Positions 9,457-17,972 of a DNA stretch of 36,628 nt are shown one piece after another. The number at the start of each line of letters is the position of its first letter. Position 1 is the first letter of the stretch. The DNA lies in contig JACPDC010000084.1 in assembly GCA_016184235.1 (NCBI GenBank), positions 1 through 36,628 of the forward strand, read 5' to 3'. The position numbers and the translations under genes are program-made. Source of the stretch: Deltaproteobacteria bacterium. GTDB taxonomy: Bacteria; Desulfobacterota; Binatia; UBA9968. The notes under the pieces were generated by a model that did no database searches, was not told the origin of the DNA, and saw only the letters and a program-made list of their open reading frames with translations.

Positions 9457-10377
9457 ATGAGGCTCAGGATCGGCACCTCCGGCTACTCCTACCCGGGCTC
9501 TCCGCCCAAGGGCTGGTACGGGGTTTTCTATCCCGGATCCAGAGGAAAGAAATTCGACGAGCTCGCCTACTACGCTTCTTTCTTCAACAGCGTGGAGATC
9601 AACAGCACCTTCTACCGGCCTCCCGCCCCCGGCATGGCAGAGGCGTGGGCGAAAAGGACTCCCGCCGACTTCGAGTTTGCGGTTAAGGTGTGGCAGAAGT
9701 TCACCCACCCGGTGAAGCTGGGGGAGGAGGTAGGTGAGGGGGACCGGAGCTGGGAGGCGCCGGCTGACGCCGACGCGGAGCTTTTCAAGAAGGGCATCGG
9801 GCCGCTCGCCGATTCCGGCAAGCTCGGTGTCTTGCTCTTTCAATACCCCCCGGGGTTTCACCGGACCCGGGAGAATATCGAGAAGCTCCGGTGGACTCTG
9901 GCCGCGTTCCAGAGTTATCCGAAGGCGGTGGAGCTTCGCCACAAGAGCTGGAGCGACCAGGGGGACGAGGCCAAAAGGCTGCTGGGCGAGTCAGGCGCCA
10001 CGTGGGCCGTCATCGACAAGCCCAAGTTTGCTTCCTCGGTCGTACAGGAATTCGAGCCGGCGGGAGAGACCCTATCATACCTGCGCCTGCACGGAAGAAA
10101 CCAGGAGAAATGGTGGAGCCACGGAGAGGCATGGGAGCGATACGATTACTTCTACGGCGCCGAGGAAATCCGTTCGCTCGCGGACAGGATCAGGGCATGG
10201 GCTGATAAGTCTGCGCTGGCCAAGATATTCATCTTTTTTAACAACCACGCCAGGGGGCAGGCCGTAGCGAACGCTCTAACGCTCCAGCGCGAGCTCGGGC
10301 AGGAGACGACCGCGGCTCTCCCCGAAGCCTTGGTGCGCGCCTATCCCGAGCTGGGGAAAATAAGTCCGTGTTGGTGA
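9457..10377 (+). CDS. DUF72 (YecE/UPF0759) family protein
   Basis: IGTSGYSY...W.GVFYP, YYASFFNSVEINSTFYRPP, and FEFAVKVWQKFTH with RLHGRN and FFNNH blocks are typical of DUF72. Confidence 0.75.
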   Translation: MRLRIGTSGYSYPGSPPKGWYGVFYPGSRGKKFDELAYYASFFNSVEINSTFYRPPAPGMAEAWAKRTPADFEFAVKVWQKFTHPVKLGEEVGEGDRSWEAPADADAELFKKGIGPLADSGKLGVLLFQYPPGFHRTRENIEKLRWTLAAFQSYPKAVELRHKSWSDQGDEAKRLLGESGATWAVIDKPKFASSVVQEFEPAGETLSYLRLHGRNQEKWWSHGEAWERYDYFYGAEEIRSLADRIRAWADKSALAKIFIFFNNHARGQAVANALTLQRELGQETTAALPEALVRAYPELGKISPCW

Positions 10378-10458
10378 TCGTGGTTCGACAAGCGCACCAC
10401 CCTGAGCAAAATCGAAGGGTGATTCGTGTTCGTTACGGGCACGAGCAACGAGCACGAG

Positions 10459-10911
10459 CTACGATTTTGCCTGGATAAGTTCGATCTTATAACCGTTGGG
10501 GTCTTCGATGAAGGCGATCTCGGAGCCGCCGCTCGACGGTGAGCTCGCGGTCGAACCGTGCTTCATGGGGCCGGGTTCGCGCACGATCTTCGCCCCTTGG
10601 GCGCGCAGGGTCTCGCAGGTTCGATAGATGTCGTCCACTCCCAGCGCGATGTGGCCGAAGGCATTGCCCAGGTCATATTGGTGCGTGCCCCAGTTGTGCG
10701 TCAGCTCGATCACCGACGCCTCGGATTCCGGGGCGTAGCCGACAAAGGCGAGGGTGAAGCGGCCGGACGGATAATCTTTTTTTCTCATCCCGACCGGACA
10801 TTTCTCGTCGGCCACCATACCACAAGAGCCGTGGGGGGAAGAAGCTGTCCGGACACCTTGGCAGCGCGCGCGGGTCTGGGATATATGTTTGTTTCCGGCC
10901 GTTACTGACAC
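10459..10911 (-). CDS. gloA: glyoxalase I (lactoylglutathione lyase) homologue with an aberrant N-terminus
   Basis: FTLAFVGY, VIELTHNWG, GNAFGHIALGVDD, REPGPMKHG and IAFIEDPNGYKIELIQ match Ni/Zn glyoxalase I. The first ~40 codons do not match the usual MRLLHTMLRVGDL start, so the start codon is uncertain. Confidence 0.65.
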   Translation of the reverse strand: MSVTAGNKHISQTRARCQGVRTASSPHGSCGMVADEKCPVGMRKKDYPSGRFTLAFVGYAPESEASVIELTHNWGTHQYDLGNAFGHIALGVDDIYRTCETLRAQGAKIVREPGPMKHGSTASSPSSGGSEIAFIEDPNGYKIELIQAKS

Positions 10912-10951
10912 GTTAAGGGTGCACGGGATTTATTCCTATAGGTAGCCTGAG

Positions 10952-12370
10952 ATGGATTGGCTCCTTCTGATCAACACCATGCTCGGGAGCTTTCTCGCCG
11001 GGCTCTCGGCGAGAATATTCATGATCTCGCTTCCCAGCCTGGCCAGCGGCCTGGGATCGGACATCCTGGGGATAGCCTGGGCTCTCATCTCTTTTCAGAT
11101 TGCCGGGGTGGGCTTCTCGATCGTTTTCGGCAGGCTGGGAGATATCTACGGCCGGGAGAAGATTTACAATGCGGGCTTCATCATCCTGACGGCCGGCGCC
11201 TTTTTTTGCGGCGTCTCGCAGGACGCGCTCCAGCTCATCATTGCCCGTTTCGTTCAAGGCGTGGGGGCAGCCATGACCCAGTCGGCGGGCCGGGCGCTGG
11301 CGATGGACGCGATGCCCGCCGGCTCCGAAGGCAAAGCCCAGGGGATCATGACGATGGCCTTCCACTCCGGCTTTTTTGTCGGCCCGCCTCTCGGCGGGTT
11401 GATTATCGATTATATCCACTGGCGCGGGGTTTTCTTCTTTATCGTTTTCTTCGGCTTGGCGGGTGTCGCGCTGAGCGTGGTGAGATCGAGGCGAGGGTCG
11501 AAGCCGGTCATGAGCCCGTCCCGGCGCCAAGTTGATTATCTGGGCGCGGGACTGCTCATCGCGCTGACGGTGCTGCTGACGCTGTTGCTGGATCACAAGG
11601 CCGCGCAGGCCTGGGGATTGGGGCGGAGAGGCTTCTTGACGCTTGCCTTTGCCGGAATCGCGTGGGGCTTCCTCGTTCATGAAAGCAAGGCGCCCAGCCC
11701 GATGATGAACCTCTCTCTCTTCAAGATACGGATGTTTACCTACAGCGTGATCAGCCTTCTCACCCTTTCCATCACCCGGGGCCTGGTCGGCTTTTTGATG
11801 CCTTTTTATCTCCAGGACGTTCTTCAATTGACGCCCTCGTTTATGGGGATCCTGTTCCTGGCTCCGCCGATCTTCACCATCACCCTGTCTACGGTCGGAG
11901 GGCATATCACGGACAGAGTCGGTCCGAGAATTCCGGCGACCATCGGGGTACTCGCCTCCCTGGCCGCGGTTGTCCTGGGGGCGGCCCTGAGGGTCGATTC
12001 CCACTGGCTGCTGCCTACTGCGATGCTGGGCTTGACGGGGATCGGGACAGCCTTTTTTAATTCTTCCAACCAGGCGGCTATTATCGGCTCTGTGCCGAAA
12101 GAGCACCGGGGATTCGCCAATGGCATGGTGCACACGGCCTTCGAGCTGGGGCACCTGCTCGGGGTGTCCGTCGGCGGGCTCCTGTTGACGGTGGCCTACG
12201 AATACTATTCGGGAATAGCCGGTGTTACACCCAGTGCGGAGAACCCTCTGGCTTTTGTCTCTTCCATGAATGCCAGTTACGTGGCGGCTGTGGGACTCAC
12301 GCTGATCGCGTTGTGCACCTCGCTCATGCGCGGCAGCGGGAAGATCCGGGCCGCTGTGGCGAAGGATTAG
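10952..12370 (+). CDS. MFS transporter (drug:H+ antiporter-like, many TM helices)
   Basis: 472 aa and hydrophobic throughout. It has the MFS motif-A-like GRLGDIYGREK and ARFVQGVGAAM. Confidence 0.8.
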   Translation: MDWLLLINTMLGSFLAGLSARIFMISLPSLASGLGSDILGIAWALISFQIAGVGFSIVFGRLGDIYGREKIYNAGFIILTAGAFFCGVSQDALQLIIARFVQGVGAAMTQSAGRALAMDAMPAGSEGKAQGIMTMAFHSGFFVGPPLGGLIIDYIHWRGVFFFIVFFGLAGVALSVVRSRRGSKPVMSPSRRQVDYLGAGLLIALTVLLTLLLDHKAAQAWGLGRRGFLTLAFAGIAWGFLVHESKAPSPMMNLSLFKIRMFTYSVISLLTLSITRGLVGFLMPFYLQDVLQLTPSFMGILFLAPPIFTITLSTVGGHITDRVGPRIPATIGVLASLAAVVLGAALRVDSHWLLPTAMLGLTGIGTAFFNSSNQAAIIGSVPKEHRGFANGMVHTAFELGHLLGVSVGGLLLTVAYEYYSGIAGVTPSAENPLAFVSSMNASYVAAVGLTLIALCTSLMRGSGKIRAAVAKD

Positions 12371-12389
12371 CCCATCATCCGCGTGCGCC

Positions 12390-12416
12390 TTGACAGCCTG
12401 CAGGGGATTCTATATG
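12390..12416 (+). promoter_or_regulatory. candidate sigma70-type promoter for the SDR gene
   Basis: TTGACA at 12390-12395 and TATATG at 12411-12416. The spacer is only 15 nt, so the fit is imperfect. An AAGGAGG Shine-Dalgarno sequence sits just before the ATG at 12444. Confidence 0.3.
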
Positions 12417-12443
12417 CAGAATTCAATTACCTAAGGAGGCATT

Positions 12444-13190
12444 ATGAGGTTGGAGAACAAAGTGGCCATTGTAACGGGCGCTGGCCGCAATATCGGGGAG
12501 GATATCGCTAAAACTTTTGCCGCGGAAGGGGCCAAGGTTGCAGTCGTGGATCTGGATCAAGGAAGGGGAGAGCGGGTGACGGGCGAGATCAATGCAGCCT
12601 GCCGGGATCACGCCCTACAGGTGGTTTGCGATGTTTCCGCTGCGGCAAGCGTGGAGGGGATGGTCAAGGCGGTAGTGCAAAAGTGGGGCGGGGTGGATAT
12701 TCTGGTCAACAACGCCGCCTGGACCGATCGCAAGACGATTCTTGATCTCACCGAAGAAGAGTGGGACAAGGTGATGAACATCTCGCTCAAAAGCGTCTTT
12801 CTCTGCACCAAGTTCGCCGCGCGGGTGATGGTGGACCAGAAGCGCAAGGGCCGCATCGTCAACATCTCCTCCACCTCGGGCCACACGGGGAGAAAAGACG
12901 CCACCGCCTACACCGCTGCCAAGGCGGGGATCCTCAATCTCACTCGTTCCCTCGCCGTTCAGCTCGGACCTCACGGCATTCGCGTGAATTCCGTCACCCC
13001 CAACCGGATCGGCTCCCCGGTCGGAGAGGATCTGGTGCCGGAGAATCGCTATGTCAGCAATCTCGTGGGCCGCAGGGGAGTGCCCCAGGATATCGCCAAT
13101 GCCGTGCTGTTTCTGGCCAGTGATGAATCCGATTTCATCACGGCCGCGGACCTCCTGGTCGACGGCGGAGCGATGGCGTCGAGGATTTAG
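12444..13190 (+). CDS. short-chain dehydrogenase/reductase (FabG-like)
   Basis: TGAGRNIG cofactor motif, NAAW, a Ser in SSTSG, and the YTAAK catalytic Tyr-x3-Lys. 248 aa. Confidence 0.85.
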   Translation: MRLENKVAIVTGAGRNIGEDIAKTFAAEGAKVAVVDLDQGRGERVTGEINAACRDHALQVVCDVSAAASVEGMVKAVVQKWGGVDILVNNAAWTDRKTILDLTEEEWDKVMNISLKSVFLCTKFAARVMVDQKRKGRIVNISSTSGHTGRKDATAYTAAKAGILNLTRSLAVQLGPHGIRVNSVTPNRIGSPVGEDLVPENRYVSNLVGRRGVPQDIANAVLFLASDESDFITAADLLVDGGAMASRI

Positions 13191-13410
13191 AATCGGTGAG
13201 GTTAATGCGTCAGGAATCCTTCCTGTTTTTGGTAAGCGGGCTCTAGAATTTCCAATTTCTAAGAAGCCCGCGCAGATTTCATCCCAGTTTTCCTTCGACA
13301 AGACCGTCTTTAGGAAACCGGTTTTTACAAAACTCCCGAAGATGCAAGGCGATTCCCCGCCCTGTCGCCCCGCCTGCAATCGTCCCTGACGAGAGACCTC
13401 GTGGCATGCA

Positions 13411-13456
13411 TCTTGCTCATCTACGGTTCGTTATCTTGCTCATCTAACGTTCGTTC
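13411..13456. repeat. tandem 23-bp direct repeat upstream of the BCR-like operon
   Basis: tcttgctcatctacggttcgtta (13411-13433) is followed immediately by tcttgctcatctaacgttcgttc (13434-13456), 20 of 23 identical. Confidence 0.85.
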
Positions 13457-13475
13457 GGCCCTGATGCTACCCTTG

Positions 13476-13505
13476 ATGAGACCAACCTCCCCATGAGATC
13501 AACCT
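13476..13505. repeat. 13-nt direct repeat pair just upstream of the first BCR-like gene
   Basis: atgagaccaacct (13476-13488) and atgagatcaacct (13493-13505), 12 of 13 identical, end 29 nt before the ATG at 13534. Confidence 0.75.
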
Positions 13506-13533
13506 GCCGCACAAAAGCTATAGGAGGGACAAC

Positions 13534-14658
13534 ATGGTTGAGAAATTTAAGGAGTGGTACGTAAACCGCCATGCCTACGCCAAGCAGTGGAAGGAGCGCA
13601 CCGGCGGCAAGGTCATAGGTACTTTTTGTACCTATGTGCCCGAGGAAATCCTGGTTGCCGCAAAGATGCTCCCTGTCCGCGTTATCGGGAGCCACGAGCC
13701 CCAGGATGTGACCGAGCCTCATATTTTCGGCATGTTCTGTCCTTTCTGTCGGGACGCCCTCGCCCAGGGGTTAAAAGGGAGATTCCAGTATTTGGATGGG
13801 GTCGTGCTGGCGCATTCCTGTATCCATTTTCGCCAGACCTTCAACTCGTGGAGAATCCATCTGCCGGTGGAGTTCAGCTACTACATCCCGATGCCCAACA
13901 CGGTGCAGACGCCTCACGCCCGTTCCTATCACAAGGGCGAGGTGGAAAAGTTCCAGGCGGCTCTCCAGGAATATATCGGTCGCCCGATCACCGGCGAAGA
14001 TCTCGATCGAGGGATCCGAATCTTGAATCGCAACCGCCGCCTCTTGCGCCAAGTCTACGAGTACCGCAAGCTCGACAGCCCGCCTCTCACCGGCGAGGAG
14101 GCGATGTACATGGCGGTGACCAGCCAGTTCATCGACAAGGAGGAGCACAGCGACGTTCTGGAGGCGGTGCTCAAGGAGCTTCCTGGACGGAAGCTGCCGC
14201 GTGATCCGGGGATTCGTCTCATGGCGGTGGGGAGCGAGAATGACGATGCCGAGTTCTTCAAGATGGTGGAGTCTGTCGGCGGCACGGTGGTCATCGACGA
14301 GCAGTGCGCGGGGAGCCGCTATTTTTGGAATGAGTCGGTGCCCAATGGAGACCGCATGGCCGCCATCGCGAACCGCTATCTCGATCGCCCCCCCTGTCCC
14401 GTCAAGGATTATCCGTCGCATTCCCGCTTCGCGCACGTTCTGAACCTGGCCAAAGACTATCGCGCTCAAGGGGCGATCATCATGCAGGAGAAGTTTTGCG
14501 ACCCGCATGAAGGGGACAATCCCCGCCTTAAGAAATTTTTGGAGGAGAACGGAATTCCCACGCTTTCACTGGAGTTCGATTCCACCAATCCTTTGGGCCC
14601 TTTCCGGATCCGCGTCGAGGCGTTTCTGGAAACCATCAGAGGCGAGGAGCTGTTCTAA
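13534..14658 (+). CDS. benzoyl-CoA reductase / 2-hydroxyacyl-CoA dehydratase family subunit (BcrC/BzdN-like)
   Basis: 374 aa. HGD-D-family look ([22 protein letters not shown], conserved Cys in [20 protein letters not shown]). AGGAGGG Shine-Dalgarno before the ATG. First gene of a tightly spaced operon. Confidence 0.7.
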   Translation: MVEKFKEWYVNRHAYAKQWKERTGGKVIGTFCTYVPEEILVAAKMLPVRVIGSHEPQDVTEPHIFGMFCPFCRDALAQGLKGRFQYLDGVVLAHSCIHFRQTFNSWRIHLPVEFSYYIPMPNTVQTPHARSYHKGEVEKFQAALQEYIGRPITGEDLDRGIRILNRNRRLLRQVYEYRKLDSPPLTGEEAMYMAVTSQFIDKEEHSDVLEAVLKELPGRKLPRDPGIRLMAVGSENDDAEFFKMVESVGGTVVIDEQCAGSRYFWNESVPNGDRMAAIANRYLDRPPCPVKDYPSHSRFAHVLNLAKDYRAQGAIIMQEKFCDPHEGDNPRLKKFLEENGIPTLSLEFDSTNPLGPFRIRVEAFLETIRGEELF

Positions 14659-14671
14659 GGAGGATTTGATA

Positions 14672-16003
14672 ATGGCGACCCTAACCAAATACCCGACGGA
14701 AGCGTTGAAATGTTGGCCCAAGGCCAAAGAGATCCGCCAGCAGTACTACAAAGACTACGCCGAGGCCCATGACCGGGGGGGCATTCGCTGGAGCGGCGGA
14801 GCCTGGGCTTTCGATGCCGTTCCCATGGGCTTGGGCGATGACGTCCATGTCATGACAGGCGAGCCCTACGCCGCCTCTATCGCCTACGACCGCAAATTTG
14901 CCCAGGAGTGCCAGGACGCCACGGATGCCCGGGGTTGGGCCCGCGACCTCTGCTCCTATATGCGCATCTACTGGGGTTCGATGTATCTCAACCGCTTTTT
15001 CTTCGGCGGGGAGTTCCCCAGGCCGGATTTTTATTACCAGACCCAGATTTGCTGCAGCCACGCGAAGTGGGACCAGGAGGCCGCCCTGCATGAAAAGGTC
15101 CCTTTCTATTGCATCGACGTTTGCGTCGGTCCTTATGAAACCCTGACCGAGGAGCGGCTGAACTACGTTGTGAAGCAGTTGCATGACAGCATTGAGGGGA
15201 TGGAGAAGACCACCGGGAGGAAGTACGACGACGAGAAACTCATCGCTGCGGTGCATAACGAGTGCCGCAGCACCTCCCTGTGGGCTGAGATCTGCACGCT
15301 CAATAAGGCGATTCCGGCCCCTTTGGACGAGAAGACGATGTTTTCGCTCTACGTGCTCGCCACGCTCCAGCGCTCTTCCAAAAAAATCGCTGATTTTTAC
15401 GAGGAGCTGCGCGACGAGGTCAAGGACCGGGTCGCGCGCGGAATCGCTGCCGTGCCTTACGAGCGCTGCCGGATCATCACCGACACGCAACCTCCCTGGG
15501 GCTTCCTCAAGATCTACCGCTACATGGAGCAGTTCGGCGTTGTCTCCGTGGGCTCCCTTTACACCTTTGGTCTGGAAGGGATCTTTGGTGATCAGGAAGA
15601 CGGGAGCTGGGGACCGCGAAAAACGCCGCAGCAGTTGGGAATCGAAATCAAGAACCGCGACGAGGCGCTGAGAATTACCGCTGACTGGAACCTTTCGCGG
15701 CCGCAGTGGCAGCATTTCTATGACCCGCGGATCAAGACCCGCATGATGCTCAGGATAGTCAATGAGTGGAAGCTCAACGGCGTGATCCTCCATCTCAATC
15801 GCGGCTGCGAAGGGCTGACCGTGGGGAGTTCGGAAAATCGCCTGGGTTTAATCAAAGCGGGGGTGCCGGTCATGACCTATGAGGGCAACATGGCCGATGA
15901 GAAAGAGTTCGACGAGCGGCGCACCGTTTCCCGCATCGAATCATTTATGGAAACCTTGGGTCTGGAACAGATCGAGGCCGCCCGTGCCGGGCAGGCAGCG
16001 TGA
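14672..16003 (+). CDS. benzoyl-CoA reductase family subunit (BcrB/BzdO-like)
   Basis: 443 aa from the ATG at 14672, preceded by AAGGAGG. Second HGD-D-type subunit ([27 protein letters not shown]). It starts 14 nt after the previous gene. Confidence 0.7.
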   Translation: MATLTKYPTEALKCWPKAKEIRQQYYKDYAEAHDRGGIRWSGGAWAFDAVPMGLGDDVHVMTGEPYAASIAYDRKFAQECQDATDARGWARDLCSYMRIYWGSMYLNRFFFGGEFPRPDFYYQTQICCSHAKWDQEAALHEKVPFYCIDVCVGPYETLTEERLNYVVKQLHDSIEGMEKTTGRKYDDEKLIAAVHNECRSTSLWAEICTLNKAIPAPLDEKTMFSLYVLATLQRSSKKIADFYEELRDEVKDRVARGIAAVPYERCRIITDTQPPWGFLKIYRYMEQFGVVSVGSLYTFGLEGIFGDQEDGSWGPRKTPQQLGIEIKNRDEALRITADWNLSRPQWQHFYDPRIKTRMMLRIVNEWKLNGVILHLNRGCEGLTVGSSENRLGLIKAGVPVMTYEGNMADEKEFDERRTVSRIESFMETLGLEQIEAARAGQAA

Positions 16004-16013
16004 TGAAGGAAAG

Positions 16014-16075
16014 GTTCAATACGTTCAAGCAGTTCAAGGCGTTTAAACGATTTGAACGATTTGAACGACTTGAAC
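16014..16075. repeat. 62-nt periodic palindrome: three GTTCAA blocks mirrored by three TTGAAC blocks at 9-nt spacing
   Basis: GTTCAA at 16014, 16023 and 16032; TTGAAC at 16052, 16061 and 16070. All are exactly symmetric about the gttt|aaac centre at 16044/16045. Confidence 0.9.
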
Positions 16076-16100
16076 ATCGAGTAGCGAAAGGAGGAGCGTT

Positions 16101-16868
16101 GTGATTACAGCCGGGATAGATGTTGGCGCCAAAACCGTAAAAGTGATTCTCATGGAGGATGGGAAGATCAAGGCCAAGGCCAAAGTCCTTAGCGGATTCG
16201 ATCAGGAAGAATCGGCCAAGGCAGCTCTAGGGCAGGCGTTGATGGAGGCTGGTCTTTCACGTGAGGCTGTCGGGTCCATTGTCACCACCGGCAACGGGAG
16301 AAAGGCGATCTCGTATGCGACGGACGATGTGACGGAGGCGCGGGCGGCCGCGCTTGGGGCCGTCTTTCTTTATCCCTCGGCCCGAACCGTGATCGATGTG
16401 GGGGCGGAAGAGTCCCGGGCGATCAAGTGCGACCCAAGCGGGAAAGTTCTCGATTTCGCCGTCAATGAAAAGTGCGCCGCCGGCTCGGGGGCATTTACGG
16501 AGGCTATGGCTCGCGCCCTCGAGGTCCCATTAGAGGAGTTGGGTCCCCTCTCCCTCCGGTCTACTCAGACCATCCCGATGAACGCGCAGTGCACCGTATT
16601 TGCCGAGTCGGAGGTGGTCTCGCTTATTCACTCAAAGACGCAGAAGGCCGATATCGCCCGCGCCGTGCATGACGGATTGAGCAGCCGGGTGGTCGCCATG
16701 GTGCGGCGGGTGGGGCTGGATCCCGAGCTTGTGTTGGTTGGAGGAGTAGCCCACAACCCCGGCTTCGTGGAATCCTTCAAGAGGACCGTCGGGCTGGATA
16801 ACGTTCGCACGGCTGAGGAGCCTGAGTTTGTGAGCGCTATCGGAGCGGCTCTGGCGGCGGGCGAGTAG
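16101..16868 (+). CDS. BcrAD/BadFG-family ATPase subunit (BcrD/BzdP-like by position)
   Basis: GIDVGAKTVKV, VIDVGAEESRAI, NEKCAAGSGAFTE, CTVFAESEVVSL and GGVAHNPG are the ASKHA-type activator/ATPase signature. GTG start preceded by AAAGGAGGAG. Confidence 0.8.
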   Translation: MITAGIDVGAKTVKVILMEDGKIKAKAKVLSGFDQEESAKAALGQALMEAGLSREAVGSIVTTGNGRKAISYATDDVTEARAAALGAVFLYPSARTVIDVGAEESRAIKCDPSGKVLDFAVNEKCAAGSGAFTEAMARALEVPLEELGPLSLRSTQTIPMNAQCTVFAESEVVSLIHSKTQKADIARAVHDGLSSRVVAMVRRVGLDPELVLVGGVAHNPGFVESFKRTVGLDNVRTAEEPEFVSAIGAALAAGE

Positions 16869-16884
16869 AACGAAAGGAGTTATT

Positions 16885-17682
16885 ATGGCGGAGATGCAGG
16901 AATACTGGAGATGGACGGAGTACGACTGGCACAGCCCTGAGATAGAGTGGCGCCGGGGCAAGAGGATCGCGGCCGGCATCGATGTCGGCTCTGTAAGCTC
17001 TCAAGCTTTGGTTCTCGTGGATGGGCAGATATTCGCCTTCAGCAACCTGCGCACCGGAAGCAACAGCCCCGACAGCGCGCATAAAGCGATCAATGGCGCC
17101 TTGAAGGACACGGGGATGGAGCTGAGCAATATCAAGTATACCGTGGGCACGGGATACGGCCGTGTCAATGTCCCGTTTGCCAACCGGGCCATCACCGAGA
17201 TCGCCTGTCACGCCCGCGGCGCCAACTTTATGGCTGGACCCAAAATTCGCACGGTGCTCGACATGGGAGGGCAGGACTGCAAAGCGATTCATTGTGATGA
17301 GCGGGGCAAAGTGTCGAACTTTCTCATGAACGACAAGTGTGCGGCGGGCACGGGCAGGGGGATGGAGGTGATGGCGGACCTTCTGTCCATTCCCATCAAA
17401 GATATCGGCGATCTTTCCTATCAGGTGGATCAAGAGCCCCAGCCGGTGAGCAGCACCTGCGTGGTCTTCGCCAAGTCGGAACGCGTCAGCCTGCTCCTCG
17501 GCCGGATCGGGGTCGAAGATCAGTTCTTTATCACCGGAGGGATCGCCAAGAACCCGGGTGTGGTAAAGCGCCTTGAAAAGGAGCTGGGCATCCAGGCGGT
17601 CAAGAGCAAGTATGACAGCCAGATCGCCGGCGCCTTGGGCGCGGCGCTTTTTGCCGACACCCTGCTGCAGAAAGGCGCCTAG
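16885..17682 (+). CDS. BcrAD/BadFG-family ATPase subunit (BcrA/BzdQ-like by position), apparently lacking about 22 internal residues
   Basis: GIDVGSVSSQA, VLDMGGQDCKAI, NDKCAAGTGRGME, CVVFAKSE and GGIAKNPG. Compared with its neighbour paralogue, the block between ...SE.VSL and ...R.G... is missing near 17491-17505. Confidence 0.75.
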   Translation: MAEMQEYWRWTEYDWHSPEIEWRRGKRIAAGIDVGSVSSQALVLVDGQIFAFSNLRTGSNSPDSAHKAINGALKDTGMELSNIKYTVGTGYGRVNVPFANRAITEIACHARGANFMAGPKIRTVLDMGGQDCKAIHCDERGKVSNFLMNDKCAAGTGRGMEVMADLLSIPIKDIGDLSYQVDQEPQPVSSTCVVFAKSERVSLLLGRIGVEDQFFITGGIAKNPGVVKRLEKELGIQAVKSKYDSQIAGALGAALFADTLLQKGA

Positions 17683-17969
17683 TGATCGCCAATTACGGTT
17701 ATAAGGACGGCTCCGGGGAATTCTTCATCAGCATCGACACCGACAAGTGCGACAGCTGCGCCGATTGCGTGCCCGCCTGTCCCGCGAAGGTCCTGGAGAT
17801 GGCCACGGACGAGTACGATCCGCTGTCGGAAAAAACCGTTGCGACTGTAAGGGAAGAGGAAAGGAAAAAAATTAAGTACACTTGCGCCCCGTGCAAGCCG
17901 GCAAGCGGGCGCGGGGTGCTGCCCTGCATGGCCGCGTGCGCGCCGGGAGCCATTGCCCATTCCTGGTGA
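17682..17969 (+). CDS. 2x[4Fe-4S] ferredoxin (BzdM/Fdx-like by context)
   Basis: CDSCADCVPACP, then CAPC...CMAACAPGAI. 95 aa. The GTG start overlaps the preceding stop by 1 nt. Confidence 0.7.
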   Translation: MIANYGYKDGSGEFFISIDTDKCDSCADCVPACPAKVLEMATDEYDPLSEKTVATVREEERKKIKYTCAPCKPASGRGVLPCMAACAPGAIAHSW

Positions 17970-17972
17970 GAG

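Noticed and set aside
10398-10421. Hairpin caccct-(12 nt)-agggtg in the short convergent gap between the DUF72 and gloA genes. It could be a REP-like element or a bidirectional terminator.
   Set aside because: There is only one copy in the window, only a 6-bp stem, and no flanking T/A runs. This is not enough to call a repeat family or a terminator.
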